A stretch of 12,570 nt of DNA from a virus (Duplodnaviria; Heunggongvirae; Uroviricota; Caudoviricetes), in IMG/VR virus record IMGVR_UViG_2513237361_000007, positions 1 through 12,570 of that record. One strand, 5' to 3'. The first letter of the stretch is position 1. Every line of letters begins with the position of its first letter. The notes under the pieces are model-generated. The model saw only the letters and a program-made list of their open reading frames with translations, was not told where the DNA came from and did not search any database. The translations under genes were made by a program, and so were the position numbers. Shown here one piece after another: positions 1-7,826 of the stretch.

Positions 1-108
1 TTACTTCCGCTTATTCAGCCAGCTCACGATCAGGCTGGCGAGAATGCCAGCAATGACCGGAGCCGCTAAATCGTGCCAGAAGGCCATGCCTAACTGCGCG
101 AGCGTCAT
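1..108 (-). CDS. Ldr-family type I toxin peptide, 35 aa (MTLAQLGMAFWHDLAAPVIAGILASLIVSWLNKRK)
   Basis: Hand translation of the minus strand: ATG at 108-106, stop at 3-1. The peptide closely resembles E. coli Ldr toxins (LdrD-like FWHDLAAP...NKRK) as I recall them; single hydrophobic helix with basic C-terminus. Too short for the ORF track. Confidence 0.5.
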   Translation of the reverse strand: MTLAQLGMAFWHDLAAPVIAGILASLIVSWLNKRK

Positions 109-149
109 ATAGCCGCCTGTGTTGTAATGACAACGTTTCGCGGCTATTC

Positions 150-494
150 TTGAATGGGCTAGAGTCCAGATATGTCATTCAGCGAGGAGCTAATGCCAAT
201 GGTGCATGGATACGCTGGTCAGATGGTGCAATAGAAGTATTTGGAACCGGTGGATCTAATGATAATGGACTGGCTAAAGTTGTTTACCCAATTGCACTGC
301 CTAAACTTTCACGTTTTATCAGTATCGCGGAAAGAATAAGAACGGATTACGAGAGCACACCTAATAATGTTCACGTTTCAATGATCGTGGATGATCAGGT
401 AACAAATACCGGCTTTTATGCCCGCTGCCAGATGTACGACGGCAGACCATCATCAAATGCTTTTTCCTGGAGGGTTTATTGTGCGCCTGTTTAA
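150..494 (+). pseudogene. Tail-fibre C-terminal cassette fragment, 5'-truncated
   Basis: ORF begins at TTG and the frame stays open back to position 57 with no ATG. It lacks the conserved PWP...CNG...AYP motif seen at the start of the opposite cassette. Position and orientation mirror the alternative cassette; assignment is by context, not recognised homology. Confidence 0.4.
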
Positions 495-678
495 TCCAGT
501 TACTTTGACTGAAGTAATCCCCGGTCTTCATGACGTGACCGGGGCTATTGAATTACCGGAGGACAACTGGTTTTTTACTATGACAGAAATTCCTCAGGGC
601 ATGGAGCTAACAATTAATGAGAAAGGCGAACCAATACTAATTGAGGTTAATCAGTCTCAGGGAATACAGGCCAAATAA
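481..678 (+). CDS. Hypothetical 66-aa protein, possibly a truncated alternative tail-fibre assembly/chaperone gene
   Basis: GTG at 481 lies 6 nt after GGAGG (470-474) and overlaps the stop of the upstream cassette, suggesting coupling. No conserved Tfa C-terminal domain; the 3' end overlaps the convergent tfa gene. Confidence 0.3.
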   Translation: MRLFNPVTLTEVIPGLHDVTGAIELPEDNWFFTMTEIPQGMELTINEKGEPILIEVNQSQGIQAK

Positions 679-1255
679 TATCAGGCGCGGTGCTGGTATC
701 TGTTGCCGTCACTGCGTCAATGTAATTCAGCACCGTGTTAAGTCGGTTGGTTTCTGCCTGCGTCAGACTCCGTCCGGCCTGTAATTTCAGTTGAATCAGA
801 TTGATGGAAGCCATTGCAGTATCCATCAGCGACTGGCGCTGTGCTTCTGCTGCATCTACTGCGGCGCTATGCTGTGCCTCGGTATCCGTCACCCATTTCT
901 CACCATTCCATTTATCGTATGGCGTTAACGGGGCGATAGTGGTTGTATTATCAGGGTAATCCCCCGGAGCTGTGATTTCTTTTGATTCTCCCGTTTCGGT
1001 GTTATAGACAACTTCACCGCGATGGTCTGGCACATATTCCCATGAGTTAAAATCTGCCGAACGGCAGATTGCATAACCAGCCTTATGTGTGCCAGGAGCA
1101 TCTAAACAGGAATATGCGGGGATACCGACACCCACAGCAAGATATTCAATTGATGCAGAAATATACTCCCGTGTCTCACTGTCATAGTTATAAACGGTAA
1201 TCTCTCCTGCCTTTGTGGCAATAAATTTATTATTTAAGATGGCGTTATACATCAT
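647..1255 (-). CDS. Tail fibre assembly protein (lambda Tfa / Mu U-like chaperone)
   Basis: 202-aa ORF whose C-terminus (…NRLNTVLNYIDAVTATDTSTAPDIIWPVFPE) matches the conserved Tfa C-terminal domain. Its start overlaps the stop of the upstream fibre cassette. Confidence 0.8.
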   Translation of the reverse strand: MMYNAILNNKFIATKAGEITVYNYDSETREYISASIEYLAVGVGIPAYSCLDAPGTHKAGYAICRSADFNSWEYVPDHRGEVVYNTETGESKEITAPGDYPDNTTTIAPLTPYDKWNGEKWVTDTEAQHSAAVDAAEAQRQSLMDTAMASINLIQLKLQAGRSLTQAETNRLNTVLNYIDAVTATDTSTAPDIIWPVFPETD

Positions 1256-1830
1256 GCAGCCCTCACAATGTAATTAAATGAAATATTACGTGGGCGTGTC
1301 TCTGCTGCACCGACAATACTGGTACTCAACCCCGTTGCCGTTCGTTTGTTATTTTTATTTCCTTCAATCAAACAGTTGTAATCATCATTACCAATTAACG
1401 AATTGGTGGCATCAATACTGTCCGGGGACAAGGCATTAGTTGTGGAACTTAAAGTCAGCATCTCGTCTGAACTTGGAAGATTTTTTAATGGTGTTTCATT
1501 GCGTGAAATACCCGCATAAAAAAAGGACTCATGCCTGTGAGCTTCAAAAGAGTCATCCTGAAGACTTAGCAAGGCTCGCCCCGCATCCACTCCACGTCCA
1601 TCATCCCAGCCACGAATAAATTCACCGCGTAAATCAGGCAATTTATTGGTCGGGTAAGCCTTTGCCAGTTCCGGGTATTCTTCAGCAGAAAAAGCCGCAC
1701 CATTGCATTTCAGCCAGCCTGTTGGCGGAGTGGCTGAAGGCCACGGAACAGGCACCCCAACCGGTAATGCAGAGCCTTCTCCCAAACCAACGTTTAAGAA
1801 AATGCAGCGATTACGACTAACTGGCATCAT
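1252..1830 (-). CDS. Tail-fibre variable C-terminal cassette, lacking the constant N-terminal part of the fibre gene
   Basis: N-terminal region carries the motif PVGVPVPWPSATPPTGWLKCNGAAFSAEEYPELAKAYP typical of the variable region of P2 H / Mu S fibres. Only 192 aa, with the crossover site inside codons 10-18, so the annotated Met is probably not a real start. Confidence 0.7.
   Translation of the reverse strand: MMPVSRNRCIFLNVGLGEGSALPVGVPVPWPSATPPTGWLKCNGAAFSAEEYPELAKAYPTNKLPDLRGEFIRGWDDGRGVDAGRALLSLQDDSFEAHRHESFFYAGISRNETPLKNLPSSDEMLTLSSTTNALSPDSIDATNSLIGNDDYNCLIEGNKNNKRTATGLSTSIVGAAETRPRNISFNYIVRAA
1777..1802. other. Putative hix/gix/cix-like inversion crossover site (TTCTCCCAAACCAACGTTTAAGAAAA)
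   Basis: 26-bp 12-2-12 element with AAACC-AA-CGTTT centre, resembling Hin/Gin sites as recalled (e.g. TTCTTGAAAACCAAGGTTTTTGATAA). Sits at the 5' end of the fibre cassette about 55 bp from the invertase start, where gixR/hixR-type sites lie. Confidence 0.5.
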
Positions 1831-1857
1831 CCCCGATTTTTATTCAAGGAGATGATC

Positions 1858-2424
1858 ATGCTTATTGGTTATGTACGCGTGTCAACAAATGACCAGAACA
1901 CCGATTTGCAACGTAATGCACTGAATTGCGCGGGATGTGAGCGGATTTTTGAGGACAAAATCAGTGGCACTAAGTCCGACAGACCGGGGCTTAAAAAACT
2001 GCTTAGGACACTATCGGCAGGAGACACTCTGGTTGTCTGGAAGCTGGACAGGTTGGGGCGCAGTATGCGGCATCTTGTTACGCTGATAGAAGAGTTGCGC
2101 CAGCGTGGTGTGAATTTCCGAAGCCTGACTGACAGTATTGATACCAGCACCCCAATGGGCCGTTTCTTTTTTCATGTCATGGGTGCCCTGGCTGAAATGG
2201 AACGCGAACTGATAGTTGAACGTACCAGGGCGGGGATTGCTGCAGCTCGCGACAAAGGCAGAGTAGGTGGACGCCGTCCTAAGTTGACCAGCGAACAGTG
2301 GGCACAGATTGGGCGTTTACTCGAGGCCGGAGAATCAAGACAGCGTATTGCACTGATTTTTGATGTGGGCGTTTCTACCATTTATCGAAAATTTCCGGCA
2401 AATAAGAGCAATGAATCTCCCTGA
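1858..2424 (+). CDS. Serine DNA invertase (Pin/Gin/Hin/Cin family)
   Basis: N-terminus MLIGYVRVSTNDQNTDLQRNAL... with catalytic Ser in YVRVSTNDQ and a C-terminal HTH, very close to E. coli PinE as recalled. Start placed at ATG 1858 (AAGGAG at 1846-1851, 6-nt spacer) rather than ATG 1852. Confidence 0.9.
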   Translation: MLIGYVRVSTNDQNTDLQRNALNCAGCERIFEDKISGTKSDRPGLKKLLRTLSAGDTLVVWKLDRLGRSMRHLVTLIEELRQRGVNFRSLTDSIDTSTPMGRFFFHVMGALAEMERELIVERTRAGIAAARDKGRVGGRRPKLTSEQWAQIGRLLEAGESRQRIALIFDVGVSTIYRKFPANKSNESP

Positions 2425-2472
2425 ATCAGCTTTATTTTGATTATCCCTGAAAGCAGATAAATACCGTCATTT

Positions 2473-2490
2473 TGTGTGAATAACGGTACA
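2473..2490 (+). promoter_or_regulatory. Candidate Ogr-dependent late promoter element (TGT-N12-ACA) upstream of FI
   Basis: TGTGTGAATAACGGTACA fits the TGT-N12-ACA dyad described for P2/P4 late promoters, about 75 bp upstream of the FI start. No transcript start can be determined from sequence. Confidence 0.35.
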
Positions 2491-2566
2491 ACTGCGCTTA
2501 GCTGTTTGTCAGGCACAATCACTTCAACATAGGGCGAAGCCTAATCCAATCAGGAGGTTCGCCACT

Positions 2567-3740
2567 ATGGCTCAGGATTACCACCACGGGGTGCGCGTTG
2601 TTGAAGTCAACGAAGGCACCCGATCCATTACCACGGTGAGCACCGCCATCGTGGGTATGGTCTGCACGGGCGATGATGCCGATGCAAAAATGTTTCCTCT
2701 TAATAAACCCGTGCTGATCACTGATGTGCTGACTGCCAGCGGTAAAGCGGGTGAGTCCGGCACACTGGCCCGTTCGCTGGACGCCATTGCTGACCAGGCA
2801 AAACCCGTGACCGTTGTTGTGCGTGTACCGCAGGGTGAAACGGAAGAAGAAACCACGACCAATATCATCGGAGCAGTGACCGCTGAAGGTAAAAAAACAA
2901 GGCATGAAAGCCCTGTTATCTGCCCAGTCACTGCTCGGCGTTAAACCGCGCATTCTCGGCGTGCCAGGCCACGACACCAAGGCGGTAGCTACTGAGTTGC
3001 TGAGCGTGGCGCAAAGCCTGCGTGGGTTTGCTTACCTGTCAGCGTATGGCTGCAAGACAGTGCAGGAGGCGATCGCTTACCGTGAAAACTTCAGCCAGCG
3101 CGAAGGAATGCTGATCTGGCCCGACTTTACTGGCTGGGACACGGTGCTGAATGCCGAAGCAACGGCATATGCCACCGCCCGTGCGCTTGGTCTGCGTGCC
3201 AAAATTGATGAGCAGACTGGGTGGCACAAAAGCCTGTCCAACGTGGGCGTGAACGGTGTCACCGGAATTTCTGCAGATGTGTTCTGGGATCTGCAGGACC
3301 CGGCAACCGATGCAGGTCTGCTGAACCAGAACGACGTCACCACGCTTGTGCGTAAAGACGGTTTCCGCTTCTGGGGTTCCCGCTGCCTGAGTGATGACCC
3401 GCTCTTTGCCTTCGAAAACTACACCCGCACGGCGCAGGTGCTGACGGACACAATGGCAGAAGCGCACATGTGGGCAGTGGACAAACCGCTGAACCCGTCG
3501 CTGGCGCGCGACATTATCGAGGGCATCCGCGCCAAAATGCGCAGCCTGGTCAGTCAGGGGTATCTCATTGGTGGTGATTGCTGGCTGGACGAGTCGGTGA
3601 ACGACAAAGACACGCTGAAAGCCGGAAAACTCACCATCGACTACGACTACACGCCAGTGCCGCCACTTGAAAACCTGATGTTGCGTCAGCGCATCACCGA
3701 TCAGTACCTGGTGAATTTCGCCACCCAGGTCAGCGCGTAA
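2567..3740 (+). pseudogene. FI: Tail sheath protein FI, disrupted by a +1 frameshift in an A7 tract (2891-2897)
   Basis: ORF 2567-2944 encodes the FI N-terminus ([19 protein letters not shown]...) and ORF 2904-3740 the rest (…[11 protein letters not shown]…[24 protein letters not shown]), in different frames. Removing one A gives continuous ...[29 protein letters not shown]..., collinear with P2 FI as recalled. Confidence 0.85.
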
Positions 3741-3749
3741 GGGGACAAC

Positions 3750-4265
3750 ATGGCTTTACCACGCAAATTAAAACACCTGAACCTGTTTAACGACGGGAAC
3801 AACTGGCAGGGGATCGTTGAGTCGCTGACGCTGCCGAAATTCACCCGCAAATATGAGAAGTATCGCGGCGGCGGAATGCCGGGGGCAGTGGATGTGGATC
3901 TGGGGCTTGATGACAGTGCGCTGGACACAGAATTTTCCATTGGTGGTACTGAACTGCTGCTGTTTAAGCAGATGGGCAAAGCCACGGTGGATGGCATCCA
4001 GTTGCGCTTTACCGGCTCTATCCAGCGTGACGATACCGGGGAAGTGCAGGCCGTGGAGCTTGTGGTGCGTGGACGTCACAAAGAAGTGGATTCCGGTGAG
4101 TGGAAGACGGGCGAAAGCAACACCACCAAAGTGACCAGTACCAACAGCTACGCGAAGCTGACCATCAATGGTGAGGTGCTCTATGAAGTGGACCTTATCA
4201 ACATGGTGGAAATTGTGGACGGTGTGGACCTGATGGAAGCGCACCGCAACGCCCTCGGCCTCTGA
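3750..4265 (+). CDS. FII: Tail tube protein FII
   Basis: 171 aa; MALPRKLKHLNLF...GSIQRDDTGEV...NMVEIVDGVD resembles P2 gpFII and sits immediately after FI. Confidence 0.9.
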   Translation: MALPRKLKHLNLFNDGNNWQGIVESLTLPKFTRKYEKYRGGGMPGAVDVDLGLDDSALDTEFSIGGTELLLFKQMGKATVDGIQLRFTGSIQRDDTGEVQAVELVVRGRHKEVDSGEWKTGESNTTKVTSTNSYAKLTINGEVLYEVDLINMVEIVDGVDLMEAHRNALGL

Positions 4266-4319
4266 TGTATCTGAACGGCGCGGAATGCCGCGCCAGAACC
4301 TAATTTACAGGACAACAAA

Positions 4320-4622
4320 ATGAGCGATAAGCAGACTGAAAAGACCATTCAACTGGATACCCCTATCAAGCGCGGTAAAACAGAAATTACCGAAATTGTG
4401 CTGCGTAAACCGCAGTCCGGTGCGCTGCGCGGTACACGCCTGCAGGCCATTATGGATATGGATGTGAACGCGATGATGACCGTGATCCCCCGCATCTCCA
4501 GTCCGGCACTGACTGCACAGGAAATTGCAGAGATGGACCCGGCAGATCTCACTGCCATGTCGGTTGAGGTTGTCACTTTTTTGTTGAAGAAGTCGGTGCT
4601 TACCGGTTTACCGACAGCCTGA
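4320..4622 (+). CDS. E: Tail assembly chaperone E
   Basis: 100-aa ORF between FII and T containing the slippery heptamer; position and size as in the P2 FETUD operon. Confidence 0.85.
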   Translation: MSDKQTEKTIQLDTPIKRGKTEITEIVLRKPQSGALRGTRLQAIMDMDVNAMMTVIPRISSPALTAQEIAEMDPADLTAMSVEVVTFLLKKSVLTGLPTA

Positions 4623-4756
4623 CGGTTGACGATCTGGTGGCTGATATCGCCACCATCTTTCACTGGCCGCCATCCGTTACTGACGTTATGCCGCTGACCG
4701 AAGTGCTGGAATGGCGGTATAAAGCGATTCAGAGAAGCGGGGCCAACGATGAGTGA
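4320..4756 (+). CDS. E': E+E' extended chaperone made by -1 programmed frameshift at 4577-4583
   Basis: After a -1 slip at T_TTT_TTG the -1 frame stays open for 58 codons (…VEEVGAYRFTDSLTVDDLVADIATIFHWPPSVTDVMPLTEVLEWRYKAIQRSGANDE) to TGA 4754-4756, overlapping the T start at 4749. Confidence 0.7.
4577..4583 (+). other. Slippery heptamer TTTTTTG for the E/E' -1 frameshift
   Basis: In-frame as T TTT TTG (codons ACT TTT TTG); same heptamer reported for P2 E/E'. Confidence 0.7.
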
Positions 4757-7700
4757 TAATAACCTGCGCCTGCAGGTCATTCTTAATGCGGTTGACAAAC
4801 TCACCCGCCCATTCCGTGCTGCACAGGCCAGTTCGAAAGAGCTGGCTGGCGCAATTCAGAATACCCGAAACAGCCTCAAAGAATTGAATAAGCAGGCTGG
4901 CAGAATTGATGAATTTCGCAAGACGCGCTCGCAACTAGCCATAACAGCCAACAACCTGAACGCAGCCCGCGAAGAGGCGGCAAAACTCGCCACACAATTT
5001 GCTGCCACTAACAGGCCAACCGCCGCGCAGGCAAAGTTATTCAGTCAGGCCAAAACACGAGTACAGGAACTTCAGCAGACCTATAACGGCTTGTTGGGGG
5101 CGGTCCAGAGACAACGTCAGGCACTTAAAGAATCAGGGATTGATACCAGACAACTCAGTAGTGCCCAGCGAGAACTTAAGAAAAATGCTGAAGAAACAAG
5201 GCAGGCACTGGAGGGCCAGCAAAAAGCACTTAAACGTCTGGGTGAGCAACAGGCACGGATGAACGCTGCCAGAGAACAATACTCAAGACGGCTTGAAGTG
5301 CGCGATCGCATCGCAGGAGCCGGAGCCACTACCACGGCTGCAGGGCTGGCAATGGGTGCGCCAGTGATGGCGGCAGTAAAAAGCTATACCAGCATGGAAG
5401 ATGCCATGAAAGGTGTGGCAAAGCAGGTCAATGGTCTGCGTGACGATAATGGCAACCGCACTGCACGTTTTTATGAAATGCAGGATGCCATCAAGGCTGC
5501 CAGCGAACAGTTGCCGATGGAAAACGGTGCGGTGGACTTCGCTGCACTGGTTGAAGGTGGTGCGCGCATGAACGTCGCAAACCCTGACGACAGCTGGGAA
5601 GACCAGAAACGTGACCTGCTGGCCTTCGCCAGTACGGCAGCAAAGGCGGCAACAGCCTTTGAGCTGCCAGCGGATGAACTGTCAGAAAGTCTGGGGAAAA
5701 TCGCCCAGCTCTACAAAATACCTACCCGCAATATTGAACAGCTCGGCGATGCGCTGAACTATCTGGATGATAACGCCATGTCGAAAGGGGCGGACATCAT
5801 TGATGTGATGCAACGTCTGGGCGGTGTGGCTGACCGTCTGGATTATCGTAAAGCGGCGGCACTGGGTTCCACCTTTCTGACACTGGGTGCTGCGCCGGAG
5901 GTTGCAGCCAGTGCAGCAAACGCGATGGTGCGTGAATTGTCCATTGCCACCATGCAAAGCAAGAGTTTCTTTGAAGGGATGAATCTGCTGAAACTCAATC
6001 CTGAAGTGATTGAAAAGCAGATGACGAAGGATGCGATGGGAACTATCCAGCGTGTGCTGGAGAAGGTGAACGCACTGCCGCAGGACAATCGTCTGTCTGC
6101 CATGACCATGTTGTTTGGTAAAGAGTTTGGTGATGATGCAGCGAAACTGGCAAACAACCTTCCGGAACTGCAGCGCCAGCTAAAACTGACAGCGGACAAT
6201 GATGCGCTCGGTTCCATGCAGAAAGAATCCGACATCAACAAAGACTCACTTTCCGCTCAGTGGTTGCTGGTCAAAACTGGAGCGCAGAACACCTTCAGCA
6301 GCCTGGGCGAAACGCTGCGCCAGCCGCTGATGGATATTCTGTACACGGTGAAAAGCATTACGGGGGCGTTGCGCCGCTGGGTGGAAGCTAACCCGGAACT
6401 GACAGGCACACTGATGAAAGTAGCGGCTGTTGTGGCTGCGGTTACCGTAGGCCTCGGCACCTTAGCGGTGGCGCTGGCTGCAGTGCTGGGGCCGCTGGCA
6501 GTGATCCGTCTGGGATTCTCTGTGCTGGGTATCAAAACGTTACCTTCCGTTACGGCAGCAGTAACTCGAACCAGCAACGCGTTGTCCTGGCTGGCTGGCG
6601 CTCCACTGGCACTGCTGCGACGCGGGCTTGCTTCATCGGGCAACGCCGCAGGTTTACTTACTGCGCCGTTGTCGTCTTTGCGCCGCACGGCATCACTGAC
6701 GGGAAATGTCCTGAAAACTGTAGCAGGTGCGCCAGTTGCACTTTTGCGGTCTGGATTATCCGGTTTACGTGCTGTTGCTGTGATGTTTATGAATCCTCTG
6801 GCGGTACTGCGCGGTGGACTGGCAGCCGCAGGCGCGGTGCTGCGAGTGCTTGCATCTGGTCCGCTGGCGATGCTGCGCGTTGCCCTGTATGCCATATCTG
6901 GTCTGTTAGGTGCTCTGCTCAGTCCGATAGGTCTTGTGGTTACTGCACTGGCGGGCGTGGCGCTGGTTGTCTGGAAATACTGGCAACCCATTACCGCATT
7001 TCTCGGTGGCGTGGTGGAAGGATTCAAAGCGGCGGCAGGTCCCATCAGTGCAGCGTTTGAACCACTTAAGCCCGTGTTCCAGTGGATTGGCGACAAAGTG
7101 CAGGCGCTGTGGGGCTGGTTTACTGATCTGCTGACGCCTGTTAAGTCGACCTCTGCCGAACTGCAGAGCGCAGCGGCAATGGGGCGACGATTCGGGGAGG
7201 CACTGGCGGAAGGGCTGAATATGGTCATGCATCCGCTGGACTCCCTGAAATCCGGTGTTTCCTGGTTGCTGGATAAACTCGGCATTGTCAGTAAAGAGGC
7301 TGCAAAGGCGAAACTGCCGGAAAGCGTGACGCGTCAGCAACCTGCGACGGTGAATGCAGACGGTAAAGTGATGATGCCATCGGGTGGTTTTCCGTCATGG
7401 GGATATGGCTTTGCGGGGATGTATGACAGCGGCGGCTATATCCCGCGCGGGCAGTTTGGCATCGTCGGTGAAAACGGGCCGGAAATTGTCAACGGCCCGG
7501 CAAACGTGACCAGCCGGAGAAATACCGCTGCACTGGCTGCGGTTGTTGCCGGAATGATGGGCGTTGCTGCCGCGCCTGCAGAGCTTCCACCGTTACATCC
7601 TTTGGCACTTCCCGCGAAAGGCGGCGAAGCGATGGTGAGTCGTGCAGCCACTGTGCCGCCCGTTCAACGGCTTGAGGCACCGACGCAGATCATCATTCAG

Positions 7701-7826
7701 ACGCAGCCAGGACAAAGTGCGCAGGATATTGCGCGGGAGGTTGCACGCCAGCTTGATGAACGTGAACGCAGGCTGAAGGCAAAAGCCAGGAGTAACTACA
7801 GCGATCAGGGGGGATACGAAGCATGA
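4749..7826 (+). CDS. T: Tail tape measure protein T
   Basis: 1025-aa ORF with coiled-coil-like N-terminal half, a hydrophobic repeat-containing middle and a glycine-rich C-terminus; follows E/E' and overlaps U (ATGA at 7823-7826). Confidence 0.9.
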   Translation: MSDNNLRLQVILNAVDKLTRPFRAAQASSKELAGAIQNTRNSLKELNKQAGRIDEFRKTRSQLAITANNLNAAREEAAKLATQFAATNRPTAAQAKLFSQAKTRVQELQQTYNGLLGAVQRQRQALKESGIDTRQLSSAQRELKKNAEETRQALEGQQKALKRLGEQQARMNAAREQYSRRLEVRDRIAGAGATTTAAGLAMGAPVMAAVKSYTSMEDAMKGVAKQVNGLRDDNGNRTARFYEMQDAIKAASEQLPMENGAVDFAALVEGGARMNVANPDDSWEDQKRDLLAFASTAAKAATAFELPADELSESLGKIAQLYKIPTRNIEQLGDALNYLDDNAMSKGADIIDVMQRLGGVADRLDYRKAAALGSTFLTLGAAPEVAASAANAMVRELSIATMQSKSFFEGMNLLKLNPEVIEKQMTKDAMGTIQRVLEKVNALPQDNRLSAMTMLFGKEFGDDAAKLANNLPELQRQLKLTADNDALGSMQKESDINKDSLSAQWLLVKTGAQNTFSSLGETLRQPLMDILYTVKSITGALRRWVEANPELTGTLMKVAAVVAAVTVGLGTLAVALAAVLGPLAVIRLGFSVLGIKTLPSVTAAVTRTSNALSWLAGAPLALLRRGLASSGNAAGLLTAPLSSLRRTASLTGNVLKTVAGAPVALLRSGLSGLRAVAVMFMNPLAVLRGGLAAAGAVLRVLASGPLAMLRVALYAISGLLGALLSPIGLVVTALAGVALVVWKYWQPITAFLGGVVEGFKAAAGPISAAFEPLKPVFQWIGDKVQALWGWFTDLLTPVKSTSAELQSAAAMGRRFGEALAEGLNMVMHPLDSLKSGVSWLLDKLGIVSKEAAKAKLPESVTRQQPATVNADGKVMMPSGGFPSWGYGFAGMYDSGGYIPRGQFGIVGENGPEIVNGPANVTSRRNTAALAAVVAGMMGVAAAPAELPPLHPLALPAKGGEAMVSRAATVPPVQRLEAPTQIIIQTQPGQSAQDIAREVARQLDERERRLKAKARSNYSDQGGYEA
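6603..6890 (+). repeat. Five degenerate tandem repeats of about 63-66 bp inside T, encoding P(L/V)AxLRxGL-type segments
   Basis: Related units begin near 6603, 6666, 6733, 6795 and 6861 (e.g. CCACTGGCACTGCTGCGACGCGGGCTT, CCAGTTGCACTTTTGCGGTCTGGATTA, CCTCTGGCGGTACTGCGCGGTGGACTG, CCGCTGGCGATGCTGCGCGTTGCCCTG). Confidence 0.5.

Noticed and set aside
125-150. 8-bp match CAACGTTT (131-138) to the right half of the crossover site, considered as the missing left inversion site
   Set aside because: Only the core and one half-site match, the AAACC half is absent, and the match is in direct rather than inverted orientation. Most likely chance.
300-324. CCTAAACTTTCACGTTTTATCAG, superficially resembling a hix half-site (GTTTTTATCA-like)
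   Set aside because: The two half-sites are 5 nt apart instead of the 2-nt core spacing and the left half does not match; not a convincing 12-2-12 site.
2519-3467. Minus-strand ORFs overlapping FI (2519-2980, 2578-2931, 3039-3467, 3077-3343)
   Set aside because: Antisense to a well-supported sheath gene, with no ribosome-binding sites and implausible composition.
4277-4294. GC-rich hairpin GGCGCGG-AATG-CCGCGCC between FII and E
   Set aside because: No following U-tract, so not a canonical terminator; probably a transcript-stability or spacing element. Too uncertain to call as a feature.
6257-7285. 342-aa minus-strand ORF and other long antisense ORFs inside T (also 5843-6241, 6906-7340)
   Set aside because: They lie wholly within the GC-rich tape-measure gene on the opposite strand, have low-complexity Ser/Ala/Pro/Arg-rich composition and no start context; typical shadow ORFs.
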